Source: Candidatus Aldehydirespirator catecholifindens
Lineage (GTDB): Bacteria; Actinomycetota; Acidimicrobiia; Acidimicrobiales; Aldehydirespiratoraceae
Direction: 5' to 3'
NCBI GenBank assembly: GCA_028283245.1
Contig: JAPYNU010000057.1
Coordinates: forward strand, 2,075 to 66,074
DNA length: 64,000 bases
This document shows positions 9,667 to 19,191 of the stretch, piece by piece. A model generated the notes under the pieces. It was not told where the DNA came from. It saw only the letters and a list, made by a program, of their open reading frames with translations, and did no database searches. Positions within the stretch are counted from its first letter, which is position 1, and every line of letters begins with the position of its first letter. A program made the position numbers and the translations under genes.

Positions 9667-11406
9667 ATGACTTCTAGGCTGAGTCGAGGGCTTGCAATCT
9701 TTGCATGTGCAGTTGTTGTGGCTGCTGGCTGCGGAGGCGAGGTCAGCGACTCCGACACAGACAGCGACAGCACCACAGCGTTTGGGGCTTCAGCGACCAA
9801 CAGCGACGAGACCCAGCCGCTGGAGTCGGACGATTCCAATGCGAGTTCCACCAGCGCCGAAGCCGCCGAGCCAACAATGCCAGCAGCAGCCGCTGATGTG
9901 CCGCCTGCAGCACCTGAGAAGTCACCAGCCAGCGAAACCGAAGACGAGGATGAAACTGCTGGTAGCGAGCAGCAGAGCGCGACTCGCAACATTTATGACG
10001 ACCCACGCGATGGCCTGTTCGACGAGTTCCAAGCCACTATGGACCGTGGCGATCATCCTTTCATGCAGATTGATGCTTTCTGCAAAGCCCACGACCCCGC
10101 TCCCGAGCGTGTCGCCACAGACGCGGGCATCCAAGCAGACTCCATTTCGGTGGTGCATTTTCGCCAGAAGATCGAGAATCTGGTGCAGATCGGTTTCGCC
10201 AGCGATGTGGGCGACACCCGCGAGATGGGCGAGACTTTCGTCGCTTACGTGAACGAGCAGTGTGGCGGCGTGCGAGGCCGCACGATCGACCTTCACACCA
10301 TCGAGGTCGACGTGATCGACAATCAAGCGCAGGAACTCCAATTTGCGGCCTGCATCGAAGCCACAGAGGATCACAACGCCGTCATTGTTTTGAACACGAC
10401 CGGAATCTTTGAGGAGGCGGCGCTGTGCATTGTTGATCAGCAACAGACCATGCTCATACTCAACACCTCTATGCCGGAGTTGATCATAGAGCGCAGCGAA
10501 GGCCGTCTGATCTCTTCGACAAACAGCGCCGAGCAGGCACTGCGAACACTTGCTCTCGATCTGATCGAAAGCGGTGAACTCGAAGGCAAAACCGTCGGTG
10601 TTGCGGCATCGGACGCACCGGGCAGGTACGAGGCGGTAGAAACCGCCCTCGTTGATGTGCTGCGAGCCAACGGAGTTAACGTCGCCGTGTTCGACAAACT
10701 CGGCTGCACTGGAGTCCCTTGCATGGTCGGAGGCGTGGAAACGGTGGGTCGGATGCGCAGCGCCGGAGTGGACGTGTTCTTCAACGTGCTCAACATCTTG
10801 ACCGCCCCGCCCTTCTTTAACGAGATGGCCAACCAGGGATTCGAGCCTGGAGATGTGCAGTTCTATGCAAGCACCTTCAACAGTCAAGCCAACGAGCTTG
10901 TCAGTTCCAAGATCGTGCAGTTTGGTGGCGCTGGCGCTGGCGAACTCTACAACGGGGCGGTCATGCTGGACTCGCGCGACATCGGCGGCTACCGACTAGA
11001 TGATTACGAACCGAAGGCGTTCAACGAAATGTGCGCTGAAACCTACGCAAGCTACAGCCCCTCGCGAACGCGCCACGATATCGAGAGCGCTCCGGGTGAA
11101 GCCAGCGCCCCCTACGGAATGGTCACCAACGTGTGCAGTTTTCTGCGGATGACAATGCGAGCGATTTACGACGCTGGGGACAACCCCACCACCGATGACA
11201 TCCATTCCGCTCTTGTTAACCTGGGGGCTGTCGACGGCAACGAGATGCTCCCCAACTCGATCCGGCCAGACAAGACAACTACCCCCGACGTGTACCGCAT
11301 TTTTCAGTGGGAGTTTCCTTGCACCAAAAACTACGAATTTGTTGTGCCCGGCTCACCCGACGGAATCTGTATCTACCCGATAAGCGAGTTCCTGCCCATC
11401 TCCTGA
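9667..11406 (+). CDS. ABC substrate-binding lipoprotein (type 1 periplasmic-binding fold)
   Basis: Lipobox VAAGC, acidic linker, VNEQCGGVRGRTIDL motif of LivJ-like binding proteins; divergent from the transporter genes. Confidence 0.8.
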   Translation: MTSRLSRGLAIFACAVVVAAGCGGEVSDSDTDSDSTTAFGASATNSDETQPLESDDSNASSTSAEAAEPTMPAAAADVPPAAPEKSPASETEDEDETAGSEQQSATRNIYDDPRDGLFDEFQATMDRGDHPFMQIDAFCKAHDPAPERVATDAGIQADSISVVHFRQKIENLVQIGFASDVGDTREMGETFVAYVNEQCGGVRGRTIDLHTIEVDVIDNQAQELQFAACIEATEDHNAVIVLNTTGIFEEAALCIVDQQQTMLILNTSMPELIIERSEGRLISSTNSAEQALRTLALDLIESGELEGKTVGVAASDAPGRYEAVETALVDVLRANGVNVAVFDKLGCTGVPCMVGGVETVGRMRSAGVDVFFNVLNILTAPPFFNEMANQGFEPGDVQFYASTFNSQANELVSSKIVQFGGAGAGELYNGAVMLDSRDIGGYRLDDYEPKAFNEMCAETYASYSPSRTRHDIESAPGEASAPYGMVTNVCSFLRMTMRAIYDAGDNPTTDDIHSALVNLGAVDGNEMLPNSIRPDKTTTPDVYRIFQWEFPCTKNYEFVVPGSPDGICIYPISEFLPIS

Positions 11407-11432
11407 TGCCGGGTGCCTGTAGTTCCCTGTAG

Positions 11433-11472
11433 TTGGAGCCAGCGGCCAGCAATTGGAGCCAGCGGCTAGCAA
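11433..11472. repeat. 20-bp tandem duplication
   Basis: ttggagccagcggc(c/t)agcaa x2 between convergent genes. Confidence 0.85.
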
Positions 11473-11520
11473 TTTCGGTGAACGCCGCACGCTGGCGCTC
11501 TCTCAGAGGCTGAGAAACTC

Positions 11521-12408
11521 TCAAGCGCGAGGATGCGAACTGCGATGCACCTCGCGGAGGCGCTCACGGCTGACATGCGTGTAAATCTGTGTGGTGGCAA
11601 TATCAGCGTGACCCAGCAGTTCCTGCACTGCGCGCAGATCGGCACCACCATCAAGTAGATGAGTGGCGAAAGTGTGACGCAGAGCATGAGGATGAGTGGG
11701 TGCCACACTGCGACGGTCGATCACCCGGCGCACATCGCGAGGAGTCATGGCACGACCGCGCAGGTTCAAGAAGATCGCATCTGCGGATGTGTGCTCGGTG
11801 ATGAAGTCTCTGCGATGAACTTTCATCCAGTCGCGCAGAGCTTCACAAGCAGGATCACTCAAAGGCACGAGCCGCTCCTTGGCACCCTTGCCCCAGATCC
11901 GCGCTTCGCCAGCAGCTAGGTTCAAATGCTCACTGCGGAGGCCGCATAACTCGCTGACCCGCAGGCCGCTGCCATAGAGCAACTCAACTATAGCTAGGTC
12001 ACGAGCGTCACGAGCCGTATCTTCGCCTGCTCGGGCGGGTTTGTCGATGAGGGTGTGAACCTGTTCATCGGTGAGCACCTTAGGCAGTTTGGAAGGCCCT
12101 TTCGGGGAGGTTAGCCCGAGGGTGGGGTCGGCTGTGACTCGGCCAGTGCGTCGCGCCCAGTCGAAATAACGACGCAGCACTGCGGCTTTGCGGCTAACGG
12201 TGCGCGGCGCGTAGCCGTCTAAGGTCAAGCCCGCTAGATAACGCCGCGCTGTCTTGCGGTTCATCTCTGCGGGGCTGCTCACTCCAGCGGCGCTGAACCA
12301 TTCAATGAAGGCATTGGCATCTCGAGCGTAGACCTCCCGAGTGGAGTCAGCCACGCTGATCAACGAGTCAAGCCAGTCGCCGACATCCCATCCATCGCAA
12401 CTATTCAC
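11521..12408 (-). CDS. xerC: Tyrosine recombinase XerC-like
   Basis: LLYGSGLRVSEL, GKGAKER, HPHALRHTFATH, LGHADIATTQIYTH; dprA neighbourhood typical of actinobacterial xerC. Confidence 0.88.
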   Translation of the reverse strand: MNSCDGWDVGDWLDSLISVADSTREVYARDANAFIEWFSAAGVSSPAEMNRKTARRYLAGLTLDGYAPRTVSRKAAVLRRYFDWARRTGRVTADPTLGLTSPKGPSKLPKVLTDEQVHTLIDKPARAGEDTARDARDLAIVELLYGSGLRVSELCGLRSEHLNLAAGEARIWGKGAKERLVPLSDPACEALRDWMKVHRRDFITEHTSADAIFLNLRGRAMTPRDVRRVIDRRSVAPTHPHALRHTFATHLLDGGADLRAVQELLGHADIATTQIYTHVSRERLREVHRSSHPRA

Positions 12409-12428
12409 ACCCTAAGTGTAATTTCTAT

Positions 12429-13052
12429 GTGCTCGTTATTCGAGGATCTAGCCGAGGGCTCAACCTGCTGACGCATCCCACATCGACCAGAAATCGAAAA
12501 AACCCTAAGCTTGGAAGCATATGCGGGGGTAACTTATTTAGGCTACGGTGGATTCAATACTTAGTTTTATGCTCGGTATTCATTCTTTTCGCATCCTGCT
12601 CGAGGTCGGATTCTATTTGTGAAGTGTCGTCTGCTTCCGGTGATAAAACAGTTGAAATCCGCCCAAACGGCCTGCAGGAGGTAGAGCTTCACAGCCGTGT
12701 CGGAGACACTACCCAGATCATCAGCACGCTCATCGGTCAACTTGAGTCAGTTTGGTTTGTGGCTCAAATAAGCGAAAGCGAAGCTGAGACTGTGTATGGA
12801 TGGATTGCTCCGTTGAAGCCTGAGATGCAGTACTACGATGAATCGGATCGAATCGAATCACAGCAGTATCCCCAGTGGCTCACCGCAGCGAACCGTGTCC
12901 CCATCGAACCCACGCTGTGCTGGAACGGCCAACAGACTTTCTCGGTGGTCATCTCCGATGAAGCAGTGATTTTATTGGGCGAGACTACAGAGACCGTTCT
13001 TGAGGAACCCGCTGACATGATCAACTTCGGCAGCATCCCCATTTCTGAGTAA
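12429..13052 (+). CDS. Hypothetical lipoprotein (start uncertain, possibly frameshifted near 12525)
   Basis: Hydrophobic stretch ending in lipobox-like LFASC; no recognisable domain. Confidence 0.55.
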   Translation: MLVIRGSSRGLNLLTHPTSTRNRKNPKLGSICGGNLFRLRWIQYLVLCSVFILFASCSRSDSICEVSSASGDKTVEIRPNGLQEVELHSRVGDTTQIISTLIGQLESVWFVAQISESEAETVYGWIAPLKPEMQYYDESDRIESQQYPQWLTAANRVPIEPTLCWNGQQTFSVVISDEAVILLGETTETVLEEPADMINFGSIPISE

Positions 13053-13163
13053 GGCCGAGCGGATAGAAGAGCCGAAAGCTCCACCATTAATCGAATCACC
13101 CAAAAATGCAAGTTCGGATGGACACCACGCCGGTTGTAGTAAAAGCTGGCATAGAGCGGGTGG

Positions 13164-14357
13164 TTAGGCGCGCATTACTAGGGAACCGTCGCGGGCCAGC
13201 AGTCCACAACGTTCAAGGGCCTCAGCGGCGACCAGCACTTCAGGCACTGGGGAAGCTGCCCTCAGCACCAGCGCGTCAAGGCTCACCGGGCCGTCATCAA
13301 GCAGTTGCAGCAAGCGTTTCTGGAGCGGGTTGAGGCTGTTTTGGGCAACTCGATTCGCCTGCGGAGACTCTGCCTTGCCAGCATCTTTTGCAGCAGTTCC
13401 TGCGGTAGCGAGATCCAACGCAACCAGCACATCATCAGTGGAGCACACTGGCGGGCAGCCTTCACTCAACAGCAGGTTGGTGCCCTCCGCTGCGGGATTG
13501 CGCACCGAACCTGGCACTGCCATCACAACCACATCACGCCGCACGGCTTCTTCGACGGTATGCATTGAGCCCCCAGCACGTTTTGATTCAATCACCACAA
13601 CCACATCAGCCAGCGCCACCAGAAGCCGATTGCGAGCCGGAAAGCGCCAGCCCTCTGGTTCAGCGCCCAAAGGTGCTTCGCTCAGCAGTGTGCCTGATGC
13701 TGTCACCTCATCCCAAAGATCAAGGTTGCGGTAGGGATAGACCCGATCAAGGCCACTTCCGACTACCCCTACAACCGGCGCGGCTGCAGCGGCTAGAGCC
13801 CCACGATGCGCTGCCCCATCAATACCGAGAGCCAGCCCCGACACCACTGTTACCCCAGCCTCTGCCAAGCCCGCACCCAGTTCCATTGCGACTGAACGGC
13901 CCGTGGGTGTGCAGCGCCGCGTGCCCACAATGGCCACCGCTGGCGATCCCGAATCGGGCACTCGACCCCGGCGGAACAGGATCGGTGCTGGGTCGATGTC
14001 ATCAACCAAAGCGGGTGGATGTTCAGGGCTAACTGGCGTGGTGACCCAAGCGTCAAGCGACTCAAGCTGCTCAGCCAAAGCACCAAGATCACAGTCACGG
14101 GCGTGCCGATACCAAAGGTCAGCGAAATCCTCACTAGATGCCCAGCGGGGCAGTTCACCAGCGACAACCTGAGACCACACTTCGGCAGGATCTTGCTGCT
14201 TCAGCAGTTTGTGGAGTCGAGCAGAAGATGCGCGCGGTAACGCTGCCAGAGCCGCAGCGTGAACACCTCGTGCAGTCGCATCTAGGTCAGCAGCCGGGCT
14301 CGCAGATACTGCCAAAATCGGCTCTGGTGATGGTGCTTGTGCTTGTGCTTCAGCCAT
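13164..14357 (-). CDS. dprA: DNA-processing protein DprA
   Basis: VAIVGTR, VVSGLALGIDGAAH, FPARNR motifs and C-terminal winged helix. Confidence 0.95.
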   Translation of the reverse strand: MAEAQAQAPSPEPILAVSASPAADLDATARGVHAAALAALPRASSARLHKLLKQQDPAEVWSQVVAGELPRWASSEDFADLWYRHARDCDLGALAEQLESLDAWVTTPVSPEHPPALVDDIDPAPILFRRGRVPDSGSPAVAIVGTRRCTPTGRSVAMELGAGLAEAGVTVVSGLALGIDGAAHRGALAAAAAPVVGVVGSGLDRVYPYRNLDLWDEVTASGTLLSEAPLGAEPEGWRFPARNRLLVALADVVVVIESKRAGGSMHTVEEAVRRDVVVMAVPGSVRNPAAEGTNLLLSEGCPPVCSTDDVLVALDLATAGTAAKDAGKAESPQANRVAQNSLNPLQKRLLQLLDDGPVSLDALVLRAASPVPEVLVAAEALERCGLLARDGSLVMRA

Positions 14358-15861
14358 GGATCAGGCTCCCAGTGCTATCGAGACGCATCCGCAGCGACAA
14401 AGCCGCCAACAGATCCTGAGCTCGCAGTTCAAGGCCACCGTCGTCAAGATCGCGGATGGTGCGAGCCACTGTCTGCACTCGGCGCAGTCCCCTAGCGCTG
14501 AGACGCCCCTCATCAAGCGCAGTGCGCAACACCTTTGTTGCTTCGGCATCAAGAGGCGCATGCTGATCCAGAGCGCTGCCGTGCAAATCAGCGTTGCGGG
14601 CCACACCACGCTTTCGAGTCAGGGTTCGCACTTCTGCCACCCGTTGAGCGACCTCTGCGCTTGAAACACTGGGTCTGCTGTCGAGCAGGTCAGCCGGGTC
14701 GGGTCGATCCACGCGCACCACCAAGTCGAGACGATCAACGAAAGGACCAGAAAGCCGTCGCTGGTAACGAGCCAATGCTGCTGGAGCGCAACGGCAACCA
14801 ACCGTGCCACCAGCACCGCAGGGACAGGGGTTCATGGCCGCCACTAACAGGAACCGCGCCGGATGCTCAATCATGCCTTGCGAGCGAGCCACCCGGATCT
14901 TGCCCTCCTCCAAAGGCTGACGCAACGCGTCAAGCACCGACGGCGCGAACTCACCGAGTTCATCAAGGAACAGCACACCGCTGGTGGCTGCGCTGACTTC
15001 ACCAGGTCGAGCCATGTGGGTGCCGCCACCCACCAGCGCGGCCATTGACGAAGAATGATGAGGTGCTCTAAACGGTGGCCTAGTGATCAAACCGTCGGGC
15101 AATACCAAACCCGCAGCCGAATGCACTCGTGTGACTTCCAGTGATTCCTGAGGTGTCAAATCCGGCAGCAGACCCACCATGCGACGCGCCAGCATCGTCT
15201 TACCAGCACCAGGAGGCCCCACGAACAGCAGATGATGTCCACCCGCTGCGGCCACCTCCAACGCCCAACGAGCTAATGGCTGGCCTGAAATGTCGCAAAG
15301 GTCTGGTTCGGGATCAGCACGTCGAGGTGGCGGTGGAGGCGGCGGTTCCGGCCAAGGCGCGGTGCCTGACAACGCCTTAAACATTTCTTTGAGATTGTTG
15401 ATCGGCCGGACTCCTTCGCGCGCCACCAGCTCAGCAACGCAACGGTCACGGGCGGCGACCACCACAGGCGAATCGCCTATGGCATCTACTAAAGGAAGAG
15501 CCCCTGGAACCGGTCGAACCGAACCGTCAAGACCCAACTGCCCGAGAACCCCCATATTTTTCAACGTTTCTGGTGCTAGCTGTTGGTCTGCTGCAAGCAC
15601 ACCTACTGCTACGGCTAGGTCAAGGCCTGCGCCGGATTTGGGCATGTCGTTAGGGGCCAGGTTGACAGTGATGCGTTTGGGCGGCCATTTCAGCTTGCTA
15701 GAGATGATGGCGGCCCTGACCCGGTCACGCGCCTCTCGACACGACGCGTCGGGCAAGCCCACCACCGTGAACCCTGGCAGCCCGTCGGCGACATGGACTT
15801 CAACTGAAACCTGATGACCCCATACACCGACGAGGGTGGCGGAACGAATTGTTGCGAGCAC
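14350..15861 (-). CDS. comM: YifB/ComM Mg-chelatase-like AAA+ ATPase
   Basis: VGLPDASCREARDRV, GPPGAGKT, PFRAPHHS, LFLDE, MNPCPCG. Confidence 0.93.
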   Translation of the reverse strand: MLATIRSATLVGVWGHQVSVEVHVADGLPGFTVVGLPDASCREARDRVRAAIISSKLKWPPKRITVNLAPNDMPKSGAGLDLAVAVGVLAADQQLAPETLKNMGVLGQLGLDGSVRPVPGALPLVDAIGDSPVVVAARDRCVAELVAREGVRPINNLKEMFKALSGTAPWPEPPPPPPPRRADPEPDLCDISGQPLARWALEVAAAGGHHLLFVGPPGAGKTMLARRMVGLLPDLTPQESLEVTRVHSAAGLVLPDGLITRPPFRAPHHSSSMAALVGGGTHMARPGEVSAATSGVLFLDELGEFAPSVLDALRQPLEEGKIRVARSQGMIEHPARFLLVAAMNPCPCGAGGTVGCRCAPAALARYQRRLSGPFVDRLDLVVRVDRPDPADLLDSRPSVSSAEVAQRVAEVRTLTRKRGVARNADLHGSALDQHAPLDAEATKVLRTALDEGRLSARGLRRVQTVARTIRDLDDGGLELRAQDLLAALSLRMRLDSTGSLIHG

Positions 15862-15923
15862 AGCGGCCTCTTTTGGGAAGTAGACAAGTGAGATAATGAG
15901 TTTACCTAAAAACTCATCAAATA

Positions 15924-16334
15924 TTATAATACTTCCCGTGTGTATCTGACAACTGCATCAATTTCGTTGGGTTCCAACACCTCAGCGAAGCCGGGCATTG
16001 ACCGCACACCTTCGGCTACGACACGAACCTGGTCACCAAAGTCGGGGTACTGGGCAACCATGCGACCCTCAGAGAGCTTGTTGCCTCTTCCTCCGCCACC
16101 GTCGTTGCCGTGACAGTTGGCGCAGCGCGCTATGTAGACCTGCCTGCCTGTTACTAGCTGCGGGTCGGGGTAGCCGTCCACTCCGATTGGTATCTCCGGC
16201 ACGTCATCAACAGAGCAGGCCCCCACCAGAGTTGCAACGGCGATCACCGCAAGCAACAGGCTGAACTTGACGAAACCAGCGAGAAGGCGACGAGGCAGAG
16301 CAGAACTCAACACGGTGCTTGGGTGCGGTAACAA
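15924..16334 (-). CDS. Monoheme cytochrome c lipoprotein
   Basis: CANCH heme motif, distal MPGF, lipobox-like VGAC. Confidence 0.85.
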   Translation of the reverse strand: MLPHPSTVLSSALPRRLLAGFVKFSLLLAVIAVATLVGACSVDDVPEIPIGVDGYPDPQLVTGRQVYIARCANCHGNDGGGGRGNKLSEGRMVAQYPDFGDQVRVVAEGVRSMPGFAEVLEPNEIDAVVRYTREVL

Positions 16335-16357
16335 CGTTGCGCCACGATACTTGAGTT

Positions 16358-16468
16358 ATGGGGTTTGATCCCACACGCCCTCAGCGACGCCGACCGACCG
16401 ACTTGCTGTTCGTGGCTGCTGGACTGCTTGTGGCGATCGCTCTGCTGCTTTGGGCACTGCTGGGCTGA
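16358..16468 (+). CDS. Small single-TM protein (36 aa)
   Basis: Below the ORF-track cutoff: MGFDPTRPQRRRPTDLLFVAAGLLVAIALLLWALLG, basic N-terminus plus one clean TM helix. Confidence 0.6.
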   Translation: MGFDPTRPQRRRPTDLLFVAAGLLVAIALLLWALLG

Positions 16469-16471
16469 GCC

Positions 16472-16669
16472 TTGGATAATCCAGAACTTCTCGGCGAAGT
16501 AGAGGTTCGCTTCATTGCTTCGTATCAGGCCGTCAAGGATTACGTCTGTCCGGGATGCAATCGCCTCGTGCCAGCACGAACCGCCCACTTAGTGGTGGTG
16601 CCAATTGAAGCAGTCGACCTGCGCCGCCACTGGCATCGCGGATGCTGGCAGCGACGCACCAAACGCTAG
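16472..16669 (+). CDS. Small actinobacterial putative Zn-binding protein
   Basis: YVCPGC...RRHWHRGCW pattern seen in conserved actinobacterial small proteins. Confidence 0.7.
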   Translation: MDNPELLGEVEVRFIASYQAVKDYVCPGCNRLVPARTAHLVVVPIEAVDLRRHWHRGCWQRRTKR

Positions 16670-17022
16670 AAGGCACCCTCAATCACGGCGACTTCAATAC
16701 CGGTGACAGTGGCCACATCGAAACGCACCCGTCCGTGGTGCCCGGTGGCTCGCAGCCACTGAGCAGCAAGAGCCCTGATTTTGAGTTGTTTGCGACGATC
16801 CACCGCCTCTGAAGGCATCCCGAAACGTTCTGAGCGGCGGGCTTTCACCTCACAGAACACGATTTCGTCGTCTCGCAACAGCACCAGATCAATCTCACCC
16901 GAGCGCACCCTCCAGTTGCGATCGAGTATCTCATACCCGGCCTCAAGGTACCAGCGAGCCACTTTGCGCTCACCCCACGCACCGCGGGCTTGCCTGGAAC
17001 GGTTGACAGCAGTTTCGGCCAT
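16666..17022 (-). CDS. YraN family (UPF0102) nuclease-fold protein
   Basis: GAWGE, DRNWR, GEIDLV, FCEVKAR, RFDV. Confidence 0.93.
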   Translation of the reverse strand: MAETAVNRSRQARGAWGERKVARWYLEAGYEILDRNWRVRSGEIDLVLLRDDEIVFCEVKARRSERFGMPSEAVDRRKQLKIRALAAQWLRATGHHGRVRFDVATVTGIEVAVIEGAF

Positions 17023-17081
17023 GAAGAGACCTTAACAGCTATATGAGACTTTCAAATCTTTTTAGTAATTCTGATGCTGTC

Positions 17082-17435
17082 TCAGTTGCTGACTTGTCGT
17101 TTTTCTTTGACTTTGGCTGCCTTGCCGACTCGATCACGCAGGTAGTAGAGCTTGGCTCGGCGCACATCACCTGACGTAACACGCTCAATTCGCTCAATCA
17201 CTGGAGTATGCACCGGGAAGGTTCGCTCCACGCCCACACCGAAACTCACTTTCCGCACGGTGAACGACTCGCGGACTCCGCTTCCTTGACGTCGCAGCAC
17301 GATGCCTTCGAACATCTGAGTTCGGGCCCTGTTGCCTTCCACCACGCGCACATGGACGCGCACAGTGTCGCCGGGCTGGAACTCTGGGATGTCGCTGCGC
17401 AAGCTTCTGGCATCAACAAGATCGGTGGGATTCAT
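17082..17435 (-). CDS. rplS: 50S ribosomal protein L19
   Basis: [29 protein letters not shown]. Confidence 0.98.
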   Translation of the reverse strand: MNPTDLVDARSLRSDIPEFQPGDTVRVHVRVVEGNRARTQMFEGIVLRRQGSGVRESFTVRKVSFGVGVERTFPVHTPVIERIERVTSGDVRRAKLYYLRDRVGKAAKVKEKRQVSN

Positions 17436-17517
17436 GGCATGTCTCCACTCGCATCGGCAGCTTTTGCGAGCCGGGAGAGTCTACGGCTTACAACGCACGC
17501 TGCCACCTTCGCTTGCT

Positions 17518-17601
17518 CGCTCAATGAAGTGCGCCCAAAGAAGTGCGCCCAATCTGTGCGCTCAATGAAGTACGCCCAAAGAAGTGCGCCCAACTTCTGT
17601 G
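17518..17601. repeat. ~41-bp imperfect tandem duplication with internal gaagtgcgcccaa units
   Basis: cgctcaatgaagt(g/a)cgcccaaagaagtgcgcccaa...ctgtg x2 between trmD and rplS. Confidence 0.85.
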
Positions 17602-17631
17602 ATCAGGTGCCGAGCTTCTGTGACCGCGCGC

Positions 17632-18390
17632 TCAGTTTCTGTGATCTGAGGCTTGATCGGTGAAATCGAAACCGTGGTCAGCTAACAACTCGATCTCTGG
17701 GTCGCTCAGCCCGCCGCGTGCCGCGATTAGATCCGGGCGTCGCTCAATGGTGCGCACCAGCGACTGGACTCGCCGCCAGCGGGCGATTTTTTCGTGGTTG
17801 CCCGATAACAGCACCTCAGGAACTGGCCAGTCACGGAACTCAGCAGGTCGTGTGTAATGCGGGTACTCCAGCAGCCCTTCACTAAAGGACTCCTCGCTGG
17901 CAGAGTCGGCGTTGGACAAGACCCCGGGAACGCAACGCGCTACTGCCTCCATCATTATCAGCGCAGCTGATTCGCCGCCAGCAAGCACCACATCACCAAC
18001 AGATATTTCGCCATCAACCAAATGCTCACAGACCCGCTCATCAACACCTTCATAGCGACCGCACAGCAACGAGAACCCGTCACCGCAAGAAAGTTCGACA
18101 GCAAGAGCCTGATCAAGGTGCCGTCCCGCAGGCGAAAGGTAAAAAAGTGGGCGCTGCGGCTGAATCTCCTCGACTGCGTCGAACAACGGTTGCGGCATCA
18201 TCACCATCCCAGCCCCACCACCGTAGGGGGCATCATCCACGCTGCGATGACGCCCTTCAGCTGCCATTCGCAGGTCATGGATCCTTATGTCGATGATGCC
18301 ATCGGTTCGGCTGCGCCCGATAACAGAGGCCGATGCCATGGTCTCCACCAAGTCGGGGAAGATCGTAAAAATTTCGATCCTGAAGCTCAT
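17632..18390 (-). CDS. trmD: tRNA (guanine-N1)-methyltransferase
   Basis: VDDAPYGGGAGM, CGRYEGVDER, LEYPHYTRP. Confidence 0.97.
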   Translation of the reverse strand: MSFRIEIFTIFPDLVETMASASVIGRSRTDGIIDIRIHDLRMAAEGRHRSVDDAPYGGGAGMVMMPQPLFDAVEEIQPQRPLFYLSPAGRHLDQALAVELSCGDGFSLLCGRYEGVDERVCEHLVDGEISVGDVVLAGGESAALIMMEAVARCVPGVLSNADSASEESFSEGLLEYPHYTRPAEFRDWPVPEVLLSGNHEKIARWRRVQSLVRTIERRPDLIAARGGLSDPEIELLADHGFDFTDQASDHRN

Positions 18391-18872
18391 GGCGTGTCTT
18401 CAAGTTCAGCGAACAGCCCTGCTGGAGCATCCACCTCAACACGTTCGCCGGGCACTGCGTCAACCATGAAGCGCAGCGGCACCAGAGTGCCGTCATCAAG
18501 TTCAAGCAGGTCACCCGCCGGATTCGCCACAACCGCAACGACAAGCCCCCGGTCGGCACCAGAAATCTCCAGCAGCCGTGCCCCGATCAACTCATGCACC
18601 CAAAGTTCATCAGGATCGACGATCGCAGGAGCTCGCAGCACCAAGCCTCTCAAGGCTTCTGCCGCGTTGCGATCTTCAACGCCAGCAAAATGCACCAGAT
18701 AGCGCTGTTGGTGTGGCCTAGAGGCGGACACTACAAGCGTGCCCTCATCTGTTTGGAACTCTGACCCAGGGTTAAGACGCTCTAAGCGGTTGCTAACCAA
18801 AGTTACGGTCACTTCGCCGCGAGTGCCGTGCGGGCGGCCGACACGTCCGATCTCAAGCAGCGGCTCAGCCAC
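18387..18872 (-). CDS. rimM: Ribosome maturation factor RimM (likely GTG start at 18872)
   Basis: IGRVGRPHGTRGEV, DRNAAEALRG, LVP; between the KH-domain gene and trmD. Confidence 0.9.
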   Translation of the reverse strand: MAEPLLEIGRVGRPHGTRGEVTVTLVSNRLERLNPGSEFQTDEGTLVVSASRPHQQRYLVHFAGVEDRNAAEALRGLVLRAPAIVDPDELWVHELIGARLLEISGADRGLVVAVVANPAGDLLELDDGTLVPLRFMVDAVPGERVEVDAPAGLFAELEDTP

Positions 18873-18924
18873 AGAGCCCGAAGGCAGGCCAGCAGCGGCA
18901 AGCTCGGCAGAGGGTTCTCCAGAA

Positions 18925-19191
18925 TCAGTCGACGAACTCGACCTCAATGTCCACATCATCGCGCGACCCGGCGGCGCGCACCAGTGTGCGAATGGAGTTA
19001 GCCACACGGCCTCGCTTGCCGATAACTCGACCCATCTCGCCTTGGGCGACCTGCACATCAAGTCGCACCGTGTCGTTATCGGTGTGAGTGTCGGGAGTGC
19101 TGATATCGATCTGCACGGCATCGGCATCATCAACGACATTGCTGACCAAATAGCGGCACATCGCCACCGCGGTGGGGGCTAAGTCGCTCAT
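18925..19191 (-). CDS. khpA: KH-domain RNA-binding protein
   Basis: MGRVIGKRGRVANSIR GxxG motif; conserved rpsP-khpA-rimM order. Confidence 0.92.
   Translation of the reverse strand: MSDLAPTAVAMCRYLVSNVVDDADAVQIDISTPDTHTDNDTVRLDVQVAQGEMGRVIGKRGRVANSIRTLVRAAGSRDDVDIEVEFVD

Noticed and set aside
9922-10887. Long antisense ORFs (321 aa here; also 8878-9618, 32030-32920, 50212-51057, 57783-58502)
   Set aside because: Shadows of well-supported genes in GC-rich DNA; no motifs.
15896-15917. AT-rich inverted repeat ATGAGTTT-N6-AAACTCAT upstream of comM
   Set aside because: Single instance; cannot tell operator, weak terminator and chance apart.
18873-19139. N-terminal extension of RimM in the ORF track
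   Set aside because: Overlaps khpA in another frame; RimM similarity starts near 18872.
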